A DNA stretch of 64,000 nucleotides from Candidatus Omnitrophota bacterium (lineage in GTDB: Bacteria > Omnitrophota > Gorgyraeia > Velamenicoccales > JABMQK01), in NCBI GenBank assembly GCA_028711115.1, contig JAQTSV010000001.1, positions 582,032 through 646,031 of the forward strand. Direction: 5' to 3'. The stretch's first letter is position 1. Every line of letters starts with the position of its first letter. Below, piece by piece: positions 1-7,459 of this stretch. Both the position numbers and the translations under genes were made by a program. The notes beneath the pieces were generated by a model, which worked only from the letters and a program-made list of their open reading frames with translations, searched no databases and was not told the DNA's origin.

Positions 1-1068
1 CAGGGAATCGCCATTATTGCAATTTCGTTCTTGGTCGGAGGCACCAACGGTTCGCTTAATCTGTATCTTGGGGAAGGGCGCGATGAGAAATTGGTCCCCA
101 ACGTTATCCATACGGCGCGTTTTATTTGGGCTATTAGCATAGCGTACTTGATTCTAGGCACTATTGTGTTAGGTTTGGTAGGGATGTCTATAGGATTGAA
201 GCCTCACAGCGCATTCTTTCACGCTGTCTGTATTTTTATGGCTGGATTCGATACCGCAGGTTTTGCCCCGCAATCAATTAATATTCTTTACTATCACAGT
301 TTGATGTTTGAAATTGTTACAATTTTCTTTATGGTCATCGGCTCATTCAATTTTAATTTGCACTATCAAATTTGGACAGGTAATTTTAAAGAAATATGGA
401 AAAATATCGAAATGCGGACTCTCTTGTTTATCACTATGATTGTTACTTTGATTACGATGGCTGGCTTGAGGCAATGGGGTGTTTATTCGGATGGAATGAT
501 ACTTTTCCGCAAGGGATTTTTTCAGATCATCTCAGGACAAACCACAACCGGTTACATGACAATATATGCGCAACAGTTTCTTAAGGAATGGGGAGATTTA
601 GCGTTAACCGGGATAATCATTGCCATGGTCCTGGGAGGTTGCGCTTGTTCTACGGCCGGGGGTATTAAAATGCTGCGCGTGGGAATTATTTATAAAGCAT
701 TCAGACAAGATATAAAAAAAATGATGCTTTCGCCAAGCGCTGTCATAGTACAAAGATTTCATCATATAAGAACGATGTTTATTGATGATAAACAGGTACG
801 AGCAGTTTTGATTGTTACATTGGGATATTTTTTCCTTTACGGACTGGGCACTCTTGTGGGAGTAGGATTAGGTTACCCATTTTTAAATGCCCTGTTTGAA
901 TCGACTTCTGCTGCTGGCAACGTTGGACTTTCCTGTGGAATAACCGATGCAAGTATGCCGGCAATATTAAAGATGACCTATATAATCGAAATGTGGGCGG
1001 GAAGACTTGAGTTAATGTCGGTTTTTGCGCTTATTGGTTTTTTTGTAGCGTTTGTGAAAGGTAGATGA
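1..1068 (+). CDS. Trk/Ktr-type K+ transporter membrane subunit (TrkH/KtrB family), 5' end cut by window edge
   Basis: Reading frame stays open to base 1. Four pore-loop-like motifs (MAGFDTAGF, GQTTTGY, CSTAGGIKM, SAAGNVGLS) are separated by hydrophobic helices, matching the four-MPM layout of TrkH/KtrB. Confidence 0.8.
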   Translation, partial: QGIAIIAISFLVGGTNGSLNLYLGEGRDEKLVPNVIHTARFIWAISIAYLILGTIVLGLVGMSIGLKPHSAFFHAVCIFMAGFDTAGFAPQSINILYYHSLMFEIVTIFFMVIGSFNFNLHYQIWTGNFKEIWKNIEMRTLLFITMIVTLITMAGLRQWGVYSDGMILFRKGFFQIISGQTTTGYMTIYAQQFLKEWGDLALTGIIIAMVLGGCACSTAGGIKMLRVGIIYKAFRQDIKKMMLSPSAVIVQRFHHIRTMFIDDKQVRAVLIVTLGYFFLYGLGTLVGVGLGYPFLNALFESTSAAGNVGLSCGITDASMPAILKMTYIIEMWAGRLELMSVFALIGFFVAFVKGR

Positions 1069-1556
1069 AAGTGAAAAGCTTTTTCTTTTTTGTGATGTTA
1101 TGCTTGGTGCTGATTATTTCTAGTTCTAACTGTTATGCTCAGATATCTACGAGTTCGGACTTGTTAAATGGCACCAAACAGTATGACGGTAAAACTGTAA
1201 ACTATAAAGGAGAGGTTATAGGAGATGTAATGATTCGAGGAGATCATGTATGGCTGCATGTAAATGACGGCACTATTGCGATTGGTATTTGGGCTCCCAA
1301 GATAATGATTCAAGATATCCTCTATATTGGGGACTATCATAAAAAAGGAGATATCGTAGAAGTTTCTGGTACGTTTCATCGAAGCTGTCCGGAGCATGGA
1401 GGCGATTTGGATATCCATGCTTCTGAAATAAAGAAAATAACTTCGGGTAGCACAGTTATTCGGCCAATCAGCAGGAAAAAAGTTTACATCGGAGTTTATT
1501 CTTTAATGCTAGTTTTGATATTCTATGCATTAAAGAGATTTTTTAAGAACAGATAG
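1065..1556 (+). CDS. Exported or membrane-anchored protein of unknown function (signal peptide, beta-rich OB-fold-like core, C-terminal TM helix)
   Basis: ATGA overlap with the upstream gene. Hydrophobic N-terminus ends in NCYA-Q. C-terminal hydrophobic stretch VYIGVYSLMLVLIFYAL. No family motif recognised. Confidence 0.55.
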   Translation: MKVKSFFFFVMLCLVLIISSSNCYAQISTSSDLLNGTKQYDGKTVNYKGEVIGDVMIRGDHVWLHVNDGTIAIGIWAPKIMIQDILYIGDYHKKGDIVEVSGTFHRSCPEHGGDLDIHASEIKKITSGSTVIRPISRKKVYIGVYSLMLVLIFYALKRFFKNR

Positions 1557-1659
1557 CATTGCTAATTCCAGAGTTCTTTTGATTATCACTCCGTCCTCGC
1601 TTTATAATACATGCTTGTAAATAGTGAGAAGTTTCCTTTGACTCACACGAGAGTAACCA

Positions 1660-1688
1660 TTGATTTTTCTAAGATTATGAGGTATAAT
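1660..1688 (+). promoter_or_regulatory. Sigma70-like promoter (TTGATT - 17 nt - TATAAT)
   Basis: TTGATT at 1660-1665 and TATAAT at 1683-1688. The -10 ends only 7 nt before the ATG at 1696, and no Shine-Dalgarno lies between them. Confidence 0.4.
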
Positions 1689-1695
1689 CATATAT

Positions 1696-2004
1696 ATGAA
1701 GAAGATATGCCTAACAGCTTTGGTAAGTTTTATGATTTTTGCGTTGGTCAGCGGATTTATCGGCGAGACTTATGCTAGCAATCACAAGGATTGTGCATGT
1801 TGTACTTCAAATAAATGCCACAGCAATGCCAAATGCCATAATACCGCCAAGCCTTGCGTTTGCAGTTATCAGGCAACTCAGGTATTCTTACCGAAAAGCA
1901 ATTTTACGCCCGCGCTTATCTTTACCGGATATATTGCGCAAAATCTTGATTTTACCTACCTTTATTTATATACCGAAGATATCTTTCATCCTCCCAAAGC
2001 GTAA
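1696..2004 (+). CDS. Small exported Cys/His-rich protein (102 aa)
   Basis: Signal-peptide-like N-terminus (ends TYA-SN). This is followed by DCACCTSNKCHSNAKCHNTAKPCVC, with 7 Cys and several His in about 30 residues. The C-terminus ends HPPKA. Confidence 0.55.
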   Translation: MKKICLTALVSFMIFALVSGFIGETYASNHKDCACCTSNKCHSNAKCHNTAKPCVCSYQATQVFLPKSNFTPALIFTGYIAQNLDFTYLYLYTEDIFHPPKA

Positions 2005-2062
2005 TAGAAACGCATCTAATCAAAAATAACAAATACGTTTTATAAAATAAAGGAGAAATATT

Positions 2063-2290
2063 ATGAAGAAGTATATTTTTGTGTTGTTTATTATTATGTC
2101 TATGCTTTTGGGCAGCGGTTATGCTTTGGCTGCAGCAGAAAATTGTTGCGCAAAAACTTCCTGTGCGTGCGTAAAAGGAAGCTGTTGCGTGAACGGAAAA
2201 TGCAACTGCAACGCAAACTGCTGCGCTAAGGGTAGCTGCCACTGCGCTGACGGCAAATGTAACACAGAGTGCAATTGCCAAAAACAATAA
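2063..2290 (+). CDS. Exported metallothionein-like cysteine-rich peptide (75 aa precursor)
   Basis: Strong SD (AAAGGAG) 8 nt upstream of the ATG. Signal peptide ends ALA-AAEN. The mature 52 residues contain 15 Cys, with an internal duplication (NCCAKTSCAC... / NCCAKGSCHC...). Confidence 0.65.
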   Translation: MKKYIFVLFIIMSMLLGSGYALAAAENCCAKTSCACVKGSCCVNGKCNCNANCCAKGSCHCADGKCNTECNCQKQ

Positions 2291-2320
2291 CAGCTAGCGC
2301 GTAGTGTTTCTGTGAATAAG

Positions 2321-2356
2321 ATAGGGGAGGCAGAAAATCGCCTCCTCTATTTATTA
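2321..2356 (+). terminator. Rho-independent terminator after the Cys-rich gene pair
   Basis: An 11-bp stem (ATAGGGGAGGC / GCCTCCTCTAT, one G-U pair), an 8-nt loop and a T-rich tail (TTATT). Confidence 0.6.
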
Positions 2357-2387
2357 AATAGAGATTTATAAGTTTCCTATTTAAAAA

Positions 2388-2417
2388 TTGACAGATTTGT
2401 GGTTTAATTAATATATT
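2388..2417 (+). promoter_or_regulatory. Sigma70-like promoter feeding the TPP riboswitch
   Basis: TTGACA at 2388-2393, and ATATAT/TATATT 17-18 nt downstream. Confidence 0.45.
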
Positions 2418-2560
2418 GAGAAACGGGGAGGCCGTAAATCGGCCTGAGAGTTCCGTCCGCCACTAAAACTTTGGCGGACGCCCGCCGACGTATCAGTGGC
2501 GGGCGTATATTAAACGGATTACCCAATGAACCTGATCTGGATAATGCCAGCGGAGGGAAA
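2418..2560 (+). promoter_or_regulatory. TPP (THI-box) riboswitch aptamer
   Basis: Matches the conserved core: GGGGAGGCC..GGCCTGAGAG, then TACCCAATGAACCTGATCTGGATAATGCCAGCGGAGGGAAAG. The variable P3 region (about 2451-2517) is expanded into two GC-rich hairpins. Confidence 0.88.
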
Positions 2561-2568
2561 GTAAATTT

Positions 2569-2601
2569 ATACCCTTATGCTTTTGGCATAAGGGTTTTTT
2601 G
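2569..2601 (+). terminator. Riboswitch expression-platform terminator
   Basis: Perfect 10-bp stem (ACCCTTATGC / GCATAAGGGT), 5-nt loop and a run of six T. It lies 28 nt before the start codon at 2629. Confidence 0.8.
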
Positions 2602-2628
2602 TTGGGCGCGACATAAAAAGGAGAGTAT

Positions 2629-3675
2629 ATGAAGAAGCTTCCTAGGTTAGGAAAAATTACGCCGGATTTTTTTACCAAAGTCATCTATCCGCGGTTGGGC
2701 AATAAAGATTCATCCGTAATTGTCAAGCCGCAACACGGAGTTGACTTTGGAGTAATCTCTCTCGGCGGAAATGTAATGGTTATGTCCACAGACCCGTTTT
2801 ATATCGCCAGAGAACTCGGTATAGAAAAGGCAGCGTGGTTTGCAGTGCATATTTTGGCAAGCGACGTCGCGGTAAGCGGAATTCCTCCGCGTTATCTGGC
2901 GGTGGATTTAAACCTTCCTCCTGAAATGACAGAAAAAGAATTGCGTGGAATGTGGCAGACAGTGCATCTTGAATGTAAGAAATTGGGAATAGCGGTTATT
3001 ACAGGGCACACAGCGCGCTACAGCGGTTGCAACTATCCTATGGTTGGAGGAGCGACTATGTTCGGCGTGGGTAAACGCAAATCGCTCATCATCCCCAAGG
3101 CTCAGCCCAAGGATGCGATTATAATTTCCAAAGGCCCGGCAATAGAAACCACGGGGCTTATGGCAGCGTATTTTCCGGAATTCCTCGAAGAAAAATACGG
3201 AAGGGCATTTGTAAAAAAGGCACAAAGTATTTATTATCAGATGTCCACAGTCAAAGACGCATTAATCACGGCGCGTATAAAAGGCGTAACTGCCATGCAT
3301 GACGCGACCGAGTGCGGAGTTTTAGGCGGGCTTTTTGAAATGTCTCAGCACAGCCGCGTAGGCATGGATATTTTTCTCGACGATATTATAATTCAGGATG
3401 AAGTAAAAAAAACCTGCGAATGTTTTGGCATCGATCCGTATGTTTCCATAAGCGAAGGCACGCTCTTGGCAACGGTAAATAAGAAAAATGCCAGGAAAGT
3501 GGTTAAGACGTTGGAAGATGAAGGCATCAAATCCTGCATCGCAGGAGAAGTTGTTTCTTTCAAAGAAGGAGTCCATGTCTACAATAAAGGTAAAAAGAAT
3601 AAGCTTAAACATCCTGAAGTGGACCCGTTCTGGTCGAAGTTCGATGAATATCTCCGGAAAAAGAATAAGAAGTGA
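2629..3675 (+). CDS. AIR-synthase-related protein (PurM/ThiL/HypE/SelD superfamily), specific function unknown
   Basis: Strong SD (AAAGGAGAG). PurM-fold hallmarks: GVDFGVISL...MSTDPFY, ASDVAVSGIPPRYLAVDLNLP, AVITGHTARY. It sits directly under the TPP riboswitch. Confidence 0.8.
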   Translation: MKKLPRLGKITPDFFTKVIYPRLGNKDSSVIVKPQHGVDFGVISLGGNVMVMSTDPFYIARELGIEKAAWFAVHILASDVAVSGIPPRYLAVDLNLPPEMTEKELRGMWQTVHLECKKLGIAVITGHTARYSGCNYPMVGGATMFGVGKRKSLIIPKAQPKDAIIISKGPAIETTGLMAAYFPEFLEEKYGRAFVKKAQSIYYQMSTVKDALITARIKGVTAMHDATECGVLGGLFEMSQHSRVGMDIFLDDIIIQDEVKKTCECFGIDPYVSISEGTLLATVNKKNARKVVKTLEDEGIKSCIAGEVVSFKEGVHVYNKGKKNKLKHPEVDPFWSKFDEYLRKKNKK

Positions 3676-3707
3676 ATTATGAAATCATCTCTAATTCTAG
3701 AATATCC

Positions 3708-3736
3708 TTGCCATATTAAGGTATTGTATATATAAT
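3708..3736 (+). promoter_or_regulatory. Sigma70-like promoter (TTGCCA - 17 nt - TATAAT)
   Basis: TTGCCA at 3708-3713 and TATAAT at 3731-3736, upstream of the 3792 gene. Confidence 0.4.
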
Positions 3737-3791
3737 TCATAGGTGGTTTAATAATCTATTTGAAAACATTTGCTAAACATAGGCGCAGAAA

Positions 3792-4352
3792 ATGATGGAT
3801 GATTCCAAAGGAAAAGCAGAGCAAAGGGCTAATGCCTTAAGGGAGATAGGTGTTGTTATCGATACCTGGGATGATATCTTTTCTGACTTTGATCCCCGGC
3901 CATTAAGTGAACGCACGGTGTCGGGAGATTTTTTAGAGGAGTTAAAGAAACGCTACAAAGAAACTGGCACGGGCGATTTTATCATCACAATTCATGCCCC
4001 CGTTTCATTAAAAAATGAAGAGTCGGAAAAGATGGTTACTAACCGCCTCAAAAAACATTTTCGTCAGAAGTTTTTGCAAAAGCAAAAAGTTCTTACCTTT
4101 ATTCGTATGCGGGGGCTGATGTTTGTTCTTATCGGCATTTGTTCATTGAGTTTTTTAACCCTGGCAACATATTATAAGTTCTTAAGCGAGCTGGCAATTC
4201 AGATTGCAGGTATTTTCCTTATGCCGCTTGGCTGGTTTGGATTCTGGGAAGGGCTTTCCAAACTTGTAGATACCTCACCGGTTGTTATACAAGACGAGAA
4301 GTTATTTGAGAAACTTTCAAAAGCAACATATCACTTCAAATATATCACATAA
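3792..4352 (+). CDS. Hypothetical membrane protein (soluble N-domain plus two TM helices)
   Basis: 186-aa ORF with no competing frame. Two hydrophobic helices (LMFVLIGICSLSFLTLA, IAGIFLMPLGWFGFW). No motif recognised. Confidence 0.6.
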   Translation: MMDDSKGKAEQRANALREIGVVIDTWDDIFSDFDPRPLSERTVSGDFLEELKKRYKETGTGDFIITIHAPVSLKNEESEKMVTNRLKKHFRQKFLQKQKVLTFIRMRGLMFVLIGICSLSFLTLATYYKFLSELAIQIAGIFLMPLGWFGFWEGLSKLVDTSPVVIQDEKLFEKLSKATYHFKYIT

Positions 4353-4384
4353 TAAAACAAAAGTATTTTAACAAAGGAGCGGGA

Positions 4385-5611
4385 ATGAAAAGAGCGATTC
4401 TTACATTGCTACTGTTTGTCTTAATAGCAAGCCCTGTTTTTTCCAGAGACAAATGTGACGAGTCGAGGTATGGGATAGAAACGCCCGTCAGGGTAGAGCC
4501 TGTAATTCACAGAGAAGACTTTAGGGGAGAATCTCTAGGCGATGCAAAAGAATTTGTGGTTTATTTGGATAAAGGCGACAAACAGAACCATTATGTTCCT
4601 TCGGGTTGGATAGGCGATTATGGAGATATAAAAATGAATGAAGGGGATATGGTCAATCCGCACTCCGGGTCCACTGCTATTCAGTTTATCTACAATGCAA
4701 AAAAATCCAATGGCCAGGGTTGGGCAGGCGTATATTGGCAGAGTTCCGTAAACAACTGGGGTTCAAAAATCGGAGGTTTTGATCTTAGCAGTATGACTAA
4801 GGTAACTTTTTGGGCAAAAGGCGCAAAGGGCGGCGAGGTAATCCAGAAGTTTATGATAGGCGGCATAAAAGGCGAATATGCGGATTCTACGCTTATAGAA
4901 TTTGGTCCGGTAGAATTAACAAACACCTGGACTCAATATACTATTAACGTGGCAGGCAAGGACCTTTCTTATATTAACGGCGGTTTTGGCTGGGCAACTA
5001 CGGCAGACCTGAATGCGGACGGATGCAATTTTTATCTGGATGACATAAAGTTCGAGGCAGATCCTGCCATAAAGCCGCAAGGTCGACAGCCCCAGAATAT
5101 GCCGTTTTATGTCTACTCCGACAGAGGTTCAGCAAATAACCATTTTGTTCCCTCAGGTTGGATGGGAGATTACGGCGACATTAAATATGACGGCGCCTCC
5201 AAAGAAAATCCTTACTCAGGCAACACATGCATTAAGATTAATTACTGCGCATGTGCTTATCAAGGTGCGCGTTGGGCAGGTATATACTGGCAGAATCCAG
5301 CAAACAACTGGGGTAATATTGACGCCGGATATGATCTTTCCAAAGCCACTAAGCTTACCTTTTGGGCGAGGGGAGCAAAAGGCGGTGAGTACATCGATAA
5401 TTTTAAAGTAGGTGGCATTGGCGGTCAGTTTGGGGATTCCGGTATGGCGAATATAGGCCCAATCGTTCTTAACAAGGAATGGACGCAATATACCATTGAC
5501 CTGACCGGGAAAAATATGACCAGTATCATCGGCGGTTTCTGCTGGATGGCGAATATGGATAAGAATCCACAAGAATTTGATTTTTATTTGGATGAGATTA
5601 AGTTTGAATAA
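4385..5611 (+). CDS. Secreted protein with two tandem carbohydrate-binding-module-like beta-sandwich domains
   Basis: SD (AAAGGAGCGGG) and a signal peptide. Two roughly 175-aa modules share HY/FVPSGW-GDYGDIK, WAG-YWQ--NNWG, TFWA-GAKGGE and FYLD-IKFE. Confidence 0.8.
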   Translation: MKRAILTLLLFVLIASPVFSRDKCDESRYGIETPVRVEPVIHREDFRGESLGDAKEFVVYLDKGDKQNHYVPSGWIGDYGDIKMNEGDMVNPHSGSTAIQFIYNAKKSNGQGWAGVYWQSSVNNWGSKIGGFDLSSMTKVTFWAKGAKGGEVIQKFMIGGIKGEYADSTLIEFGPVELTNTWTQYTINVAGKDLSYINGGFGWATTADLNADGCNFYLDDIKFEADPAIKPQGRQPQNMPFYVYSDRGSANNHFVPSGWMGDYGDIKYDGASKENPYSGNTCIKINYCACAYQGARWAGIYWQNPANNWGNIDAGYDLSKATKLTFWARGAKGGEYIDNFKVGGIGGQFGDSGMANIGPIVLNKEWTQYTIDLTGKNMTSIIGGFCWMANMDKNPQEFDFYLDEIKFE

Positions 5612-5744
5612 TTTGGCGTTTACCTGGCGACTGGCACAAAAAATATAACCGGTCATAGAAAAAAATGCTATCAAACAGGTTTTAACCTGTCCTTAGCCGA
5701 AGATTCCAGTAATTTCATTTCCTCGGATAACGAGAAAAGTTAGG

Positions 5745-5785
5745 AGGCTATGATTGAATCAATCAATCAATCATAGCCTTTTTAT
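5745..5785 (+). terminator. Rho-independent terminator
   Basis: An 11-bp stem (AGGCTATGATT / AATCATAGCCT), a loop containing the TCAA repeat, and a TTTTT tail. Confidence 0.7.
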
Positions 5786-5849
5786 ATGTTTGGTTATCAC
5801 ATTGCATATTTAAAGACCTTTCATTAATCAATATTTTCCTTAATTTCGC

Positions 5850-5878
5850 TTGACAGAGTCAGTATGCTATGTCATACT
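5850..5878 (+). promoter_or_regulatory. Sigma70-like promoter with overlapping inverted repeat (candidate operator)
   Basis: TTGACA at 5850-5855, 17-nt spacer, CATACT at 5873-5878. The inverted repeat AGTATG-N6-CATACT (5861-5878) spans the -10. Confidence 0.4.
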
Positions 5879-5960
5879 TATCATATTAGACATATAAATC
5901 ATACCAAACATACCCAAGATATTGTTTTGTAGATAATTTATTATCAAAAGGAGGATTAAT

Positions 5961-6200
5961 ATGGCGGCATTTCATGGGCCTAAGATGTATGGTGCGGTAA
6001 CAGTAGGAGAGCGAGGGCAGGTGGTAATACCTTCGGAATTGAGGGAATCTTTTGGGGTCAAGGCAGGGGATAAGCTGATAGTTTTTGCCAAGCCAGGAGA
6101 AGCCATCGGCCTTATCCCGGCAGACCAATTCAATGAATTCCTTAGCCATATGAGTAAGATGATGGCAAGCATTAAGAAAGAAAAAACAAATAATAAATAA
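5961..6200 (+). CDS. AbrB/SpoVT/MazE-family DNA-binding protein
   Basis: Strong SD (AAAGGAGGA). Looped-hinge-helix signature VTVGERGQVVIPSELRESFGVKAGDKLIVF. Confidence 0.8.
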   Translation: MAAFHGPKMYGAVTVGERGQVVIPSELRESFGVKAGDKLIVFAKPGEAIGLIPADQFNEFLSHMSKMMASIKKEKTNNK

Positions 6201-7459
6201 TGAATAAATTTATAAAATTTTTTATAATTTTATTATTTTTGAGCTTCTTTTTGTATAATGCATCAGCCGAAGAAATTCTCACCTGGCAGGATTGTATTAA
6301 AGAAGCCCAGAAGAACCATCCTGACTTAATTTCTGCGCAGGAAAATGTAAAGGAGTCCCAGGCCAGTGAAAAAATTACCGCCAGCACTATTTATCCCCAA
6401 GTAGACGCAAGCGTAGACGCATCCCGGACCAAAACAACCAAAATCACCAATACATACACATACGGCGTAAGCGGAACGCAGTTATTGTTCGATGGTTTTA
6501 AGACTGATAATGATATAAAATCCGCTTCCGAAAATATAAAATATGCCCAGCAAGGTTACAGGTTTACTTCCTCCGAGGTAAGGTTGAATTTACGCACTGC
6601 ATTCATTAATTTGTTAAAGGCCCAGGAATTAATGTATGTAGCGGAAGAAATTGTAAAAATCAGAAGAGATAGTCTGGTATTGATATCCTTGCGTTATCAA
6701 TCCGGATTGGAACATAAAGGTGCGCTGTTGACCGCAGAGGCGAATAGCGCAGAGGCTAATTTCGAGCTTTCCCAGGCAAAGAGAGATGTGGAGTTGGCGC
6801 AGAGGCAGCTTACCAAAGAAATGGGACGCAAGGAATTTGCGCCTATGTCTGTGAAAGGAGATTTTACAGTCCGTGATACTGCTAAAGAAATTCCCGATCT
6901 CGAGGCTCTGGTAAAAAACAATCCCTCTTTATTACAGGCTGCGGCAAAGAAGAACGCCGCCGCTTTCAGTTTAAAATCCGCGTATGCAAATTTTGTCCCG
7001 AAAGTTTCAGGCGGAGCAGGCGCTAGTAAAACCAACTCGCACTGGCCTCCTGAAAATAACCAGTGGAATCTGGGATTAAGTCTGACTATGCCCATACTTG
7101 AAGGCGGATTAAGGCTGGCCCAGATTTCCCAGGCACAGGCTGTATACAAACAGGCAGAAGCCGATGAAAGAAGCGCAAGAGACAGCGCTGTTGTCGGCCT
7201 TGAGAAAATGTGGGTGGCATTACAAGACGCCATTGAGACTGTAGATGTGCAAAGTAAATCCCTGGAGGCTGCCGAAGAGCGCTCCAAAATAGCAGAGGCA
7301 CAATATTCGACAGGTTTTATTGCCTTTGATAACTGGATTATCATAGAGAATGATTTAGTAAATGCGAAAAAAACATTCTTGAATGCCCGGGCAAATGCCT
7401 TATTGGCTGAGGCAAATTGGATCCAGGCGAAAGGAGAGACATTAGAATATGCGGAATAA
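6200..7459 (+). CDS. TolC-family outer-membrane efflux protein
   Basis: Signal peptide. Two-repeat OEP architecture with typical coiled helical repeats. One-base overlap with the upstream stop. Confidence 0.85.
   Translation: MNKFIKFFIILLFLSFFLYNASAEEILTWQDCIKEAQKNHPDLISAQENVKESQASEKITASTIYPQVDASVDASRTKTTKITNTYTYGVSGTQLLFDGFKTDNDIKSASENIKYAQQGYRFTSSEVRLNLRTAFINLLKAQELMYVAEEIVKIRRDSLVLISLRYQSGLEHKGALLTAEANSAEANFELSQAKRDVELAQRQLTKEMGRKEFAPMSVKGDFTVRDTAKEIPDLEALVKNNPSLLQAAAKKNAAAFSLKSAYANFVPKVSGGAGASKTNSHWPPENNQWNLGLSLTMPILEGGLRLAQISQAQAVYKQAEADERSARDSAVVGLEKMWVALQDAIETVDVQSKSLEAAEERSKIAEAQYSTGFIAFDNWIIIENDLVNAKKTFLNARANALLAEANWIQAKGETLEYAE

Noticed and set aside
396-584. Nested same-strand out-of-frame ORFs (396-584, 1739-2029, 5109-5411, 16535-16732, 19204-19524, 22481-22780, 30883-31155, 34215-34406, 40632-40946, 56153-56341).
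   Set aside because: All are fully contained in longer ORFs with clear family signatures. They lack an SD and any motifs.
1952-2287. 111-aa minus-strand ORF opposite the metallothionein-like gene.
   Set aside because: It mirrors the TGC/GCA-rich coding strand (Cys codons read as Ala on the reverse strand). It has no SD. The + strand ORF has an SD, a signal peptide and a terminator.
1696-2290. Cys-rich peptides as RiPP precursors (lanthipeptide- or sactipeptide-like).
   Set aside because: No modification enzyme (LanM/LanB, radical SAM or YcaO) or dedicated peptidase/exporter gene flanks them. Both have ordinary Sec-type signal peptides rather than RiPP leaders. The neighbouring PurM-like gene is separated from them by a terminator and has its own riboswitch.
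5675-5690. Inverted repeat ACAGGTT-TT-AACCTGT in the gap after the CBM-like gene.
   Set aside because: It is a single isolated short palindrome with no promoter or gene context. It cannot form a stable hairpin (2-nt loop) and is not repeated elsewhere in the window.
5753-5779. TCAA x3 microsatellite and an 8-codon mini-ORF (ATGATTGAATCAATCAATCAATCATAG) preceded by TAGGAGG.
   Set aside because: Both lie inside the stem-loop of a convincing intrinsic terminator. The SD-like GGAGG is part of the stem context. The ORF is too short and has no independent support.
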